From Candidatus Iainarchaeum sp. (GTDB taxonomy: Archaea > Iainarchaeota > Iainarchaeia > Iainarchaeales > JACQJH01), in contig JACQJH010000001.1 of the NCBI GenBank assembly GCA_016205145.1, positions 580,964 to 612,963 on the forward strand: 32,000 nucleotides of DNA, written 5' to 3'. The position numbers were made by a program, and so were the translations under genes. Below are positions 30,148 to 32,000 of this stretch, one piece after another. Under the pieces are notes generated by a model, which was not told the origin of the DNA, searched no databases, and saw only the letters and a program-made list of their open reading frames with translations. Positions within the stretch are counted from its first letter, which is position 1. Each line of letters opens with the position of its first letter.

Positions 30148-30711
30148 TCACGTTTCCTTATTTACTCTTTGTGTCACAAGACTTGTTACAATTTGATTAA
30201 TAGTTTTATTTTGCTTTTTTGCTATTTTTTTTAATTTTTCAAATTGCTCATTTTCTAAGGAAACAACAACTAAGTTTAATGTGGCTTTTAGCTCCTTTGA
30301 CTTTTTTAATCGATTAATTTGATTTTCTATTGAGACCCCGCGATTATTTTTTGCAAACCTTATCATATCCCTTGCATCGTGTGCACTAAGCCCAACTATT
30401 GAGTTAGCAATTCTTATTTGGTCTTCTTTGTTTTTGATTGCTAACAGCCTCCAACCCAAGTCTTGAGTAATTTTATTTTCTTTTATTAATTGCTTTATCT
30501 CTGATGGCAAATCTAAAAGTTTTATAGTAGAACGAACCATTTCTCTGGACAATGAAAGCAACTTTGCAACTTTTCCATCAGACTTATATTTATCTTTAAG
30601 CTCCTTGAATTTTTCGGCTAAAAATATCCAGTCGTGGGTTTGTTTTCCTTTTGCCTTAAAATTAGAATATATGATGGCAAATATTTCATCTTCATCAACT
30701 TTTTTAGTCAT
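30148..30711 (-). CDS. ParB-HTH-only protein with a C-terminal ribbon-helix-helix-like segment
   Basis: KVAKLLSLSREMVRSTIKLLDLPSEIKQLIKENKITQDLGWRLLAI is a ParB HTH-domain pattern, and no ParB/Srx N-domain is present. The C-terminus LNLVVVSLENEQFEKLKKIAKKQNKTINQIVTSLV fits a beta-alpha-alpha (RHH) pattern. There is an ATGA overlap with the upstream gene. Confidence 0.7.
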   Translation of the reverse strand: MTKKVDEDEIFAIIYSNFKAKGKQTHDWIFLAEKFKELKDKYKSDGKVAKLLSLSREMVRSTIKLLDLPSEIKQLIKENKITQDLGWRLLAIKNKEDQIRIANSIVGLSAHDARDMIRFAKNNRGVSIENQINRLKKSKELKATLNLVVVSLENEQFEKLKKIAKKQNKTINQIVTSLVTQRVNKET

Positions 30712-31541
30712 TCTTCTTGTCCCCTAACGTAACCCTTGATTATTTCGGTGAGAAGGTCTTCTATGCCAATTTTATTTTTACTATTGTTTGCAATTCCTTG
30801 AATTTTATCGAAGTCAGACCTATCAACTAAAACAGTGAGTTTAATTTTTCTGGAAGGTTTTTTTGCCTCGGCTAATATTTCTTCAATAGATGCATCTTTA
30901 TTTTCCATACCCACATCTAGTATATTATCCCATTCTGGTTTTGTCATTCCTATCATATGTCTTGCAATTTTCACGATTTTTTCCGATTTTGGCCAAAAAG
31001 CAGTAGTTAATTTATAGGCTTGTTTCGGGTCAAGTTTTTTTTCAGCTACCATGTCTCTTACTTCTTTTGGTATGATTCGGTAAGAGAGATATTTAGTAAC
31101 TGTTTGAAGAGATAAACCAACATCCGCAGCTACTTGTTCTAATCTCTTTGATTGCGTCCCCGTATACTTACTAAATAATTCATCACATACTCTAATAGTG
31201 TCATTATACGGCAGTTTTGTTCTATTGACATTTTCAGAGAATGAAATAATTCTTTTTGTTAACTCATTAACATTATTGATTAATATTGCTGGAATTTCTT
31301 CTCGTTTTAATTCTTCGAATGCCCTAAATCTTCTTTGCCCTACAAGAACTTTGAATTTTTTATTTCCTTTTCCTTCGGTTAAAAGTATGGGGTGGATAAG
31401 TCCGACATTTTCTATACTCGCTTTTAGCACATCTAGATTATTTTTTCTACCTTCAGTTCTAACATTTAAAGTGTCAACTTCAATATCGTTAATGTTTGCT
31501 TCAAAATATTTTCTATCTTTTATATAGTCAAGTGTAGCCAT
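30708..31541 (-). CDS. ParB/Srx-domain protein with HTH and a C-terminal ribbon-helix-helix-like segment
   Basis: The ParB N-domain shows the arginine patch VLVGQRRFRAFEEL (GxRRxRA type) and IHPILL. The HTH is QVAADVGLSLQTVTKYLSYRIIPKEVRDMVAEKKL. The C-terminus is KLTVLVDRSDFDKIQGIANNSKNKIGIEDLLTEIIKGYV. ATG 31541 is preceded by AGGTGA. The track start at 31568 is less likely. Confidence 0.8.
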   Translation of the reverse strand: MATLDYIKDRKYFEANINDIEVDTLNVRTEGRKNNLDVLKASIENVGLIHPILLTEGKGNKKFKVLVGQRRFRAFEELKREEIPAILINNVNELTKRIISFSENVNRTKLPYNDTIRVCDELFSKYTGTQSKRLEQVAADVGLSLQTVTKYLSYRIIPKEVRDMVAEKKLDPKQAYKLTTAFWPKSEKIVKIARHMIGMTKPEWDNILDVGMENKDASIEEILAEAKKPSRKIKLTVLVDRSDFDKIQGIANNSKNKIGIEDLLTEIIKGYVRGQEE

Positions 31542-31549
31542 ATAGTCAC

Positions 31550-31846
31550 CTAGTGGGTGGCATTCCAATTATCTCGTAAATTTTTCCATTCTTCAATAGT
31601 TATTTCTTTTCTGCCTAATTTACTATTTATCTCAGAAATAAAATCGCCATAGTCTTTAACTTTTTTATCTTTTTGTTCAGCCTTTTCCACTTCCGAACTT
31701 AACTGTTCAATATCTTTGATGTCGTGATTTATCGAAAAGTGTTTCAGGATATCCTTAAATTCGCATTTACAAATTGGGCAAAAATTATTTGTCAATCTAC
31801 CACCTTGTTTTTTGTCTTTTTGAAACCCCTTTGACTTAAAGCCCAC
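31550..31846 (-). CDS. small C2H2-type zinc-finger protein
   Basis: CPICKCEFKDILKHFSINH gives the pattern C-x2-C-x9-H-x4-H. The maximal ORF starts at GTG 31846. The more likely start is TTG 31795, which overlaps the TGA stop of the upstream 50-aa ORF (TTGA) and follows AAGGTGG. Confidence 0.6.
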   Translation of the reverse strand: MGFKSKGFQKDKKQGGRLTNNFCPICKCEFKDILKHFSINHDIKDIEQLSSEVEKAEQKDKKVKDYGDFISEINSKLGRKEITIEEWKNLRDNWNATH

Positions 31847-31944
31847 TTAAAAAGCTTGGTTGGGCTTATTTGATTATTTTCAAGAAACTTCTTTTCATCG
31901 TTAGTTAAGGAAACGGAAACCCATTTAATTCCAGAATTAGCCAT
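31792..31944 (-). CDS. 50-aa ribbon-helix-helix-like protein (below the ORF-track size cut-off)
   Basis: Hand translation gives MANSGIKWVSVSLTNDEKKFLENNQISPTKLFKWALSQRGFKKTKNKVVD. The beta strand (KWVSVSL) followed by two helices fits an RHH pattern. It is the first gene of the operon and sits downstream of an AT-rich, TATA-rich region (31945-32000). Confidence 0.5.
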   Translation of the reverse strand: MANSGIKWVSVSLTNDEKKFLENNQISPTKLFKWALSQRGFKKTKNKVVD

Positions 31945-32000
31945 ATATGCCAAATTATATAAGTTATACAATAACTTTAAAAGCTTATTATATTATATAA

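Larger units (their letters stand above)
27915..32000. mobile_element. AT-rich compositional island (integrated element, plasmid- or virus-derived segment, or assembly join); the right end is beyond the window
   Basis: G+C drops abruptly at about 27,900-27,915. Spot counts give about 55% in a core line and 25-40% in island lines. All genes are ParB-, RHH- or methyltransferase-type or orphans. No integrase or att repeat is visible inside the window. Confidence 0.5.

Overview
The window splits into two parts. Bases 1 to about 27,900 are archaeal chromosome, about 55% G+C in a spot count of one 60-nt line. From about 27,915 to the window end is an AT-rich island, 25-40% G+C in spot-counted lines.

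The archaeal assignment rests on several signals. The 16S carries Arch915-like, Arch344-like and GTGTGCAAGG signatures. Canonical bulge-helix-bulge (BHB) processing stems flank both 16S and 23S. An archaeal-type AlaRS is present. TTTAAA-type TATA boxes sit about 27 nt upstream of several start sites.

The core encodes:
- a contiguous arginine pathway (argG partial, argH, argF, argJ, argD, argC, argB), a CxxC lipoprotein and argS
- a bacterial-type leuS, a 677-aa lipoprotein and alaS
- an RNase P RNA hidden under spurious ORFs
- two orphan proteins, two class I methyltransferases, a vapBC pair and a Y-family polymerase
- a 16S - tRNA-Ala(UGC) - 23S operon on the minus strand, with no 5S found next to it

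The most interesting part is the AT-rich island. It holds a tightly coupled minus-strand operon: a 50-aa ribbon-helix-helix (RHH) protein missing from the ORF track, a C2H2 zinc-finger protein, a full ParB/Srx-HTH protein, a ParB-HTH-only paralog, and a stand-alone proteasome-beta/HslV-like peptidase. This operon converges, stop codon against stop codon, on a small orphan gene and a PPY-type amino-methyltransferase. The methyltransferase promoter is bracketed by four TGCAGGAG repeats.

I do not recognise this gene combination as a described system. All protein family calls come from motif recognition by eye and need profile or structure searches to confirm.
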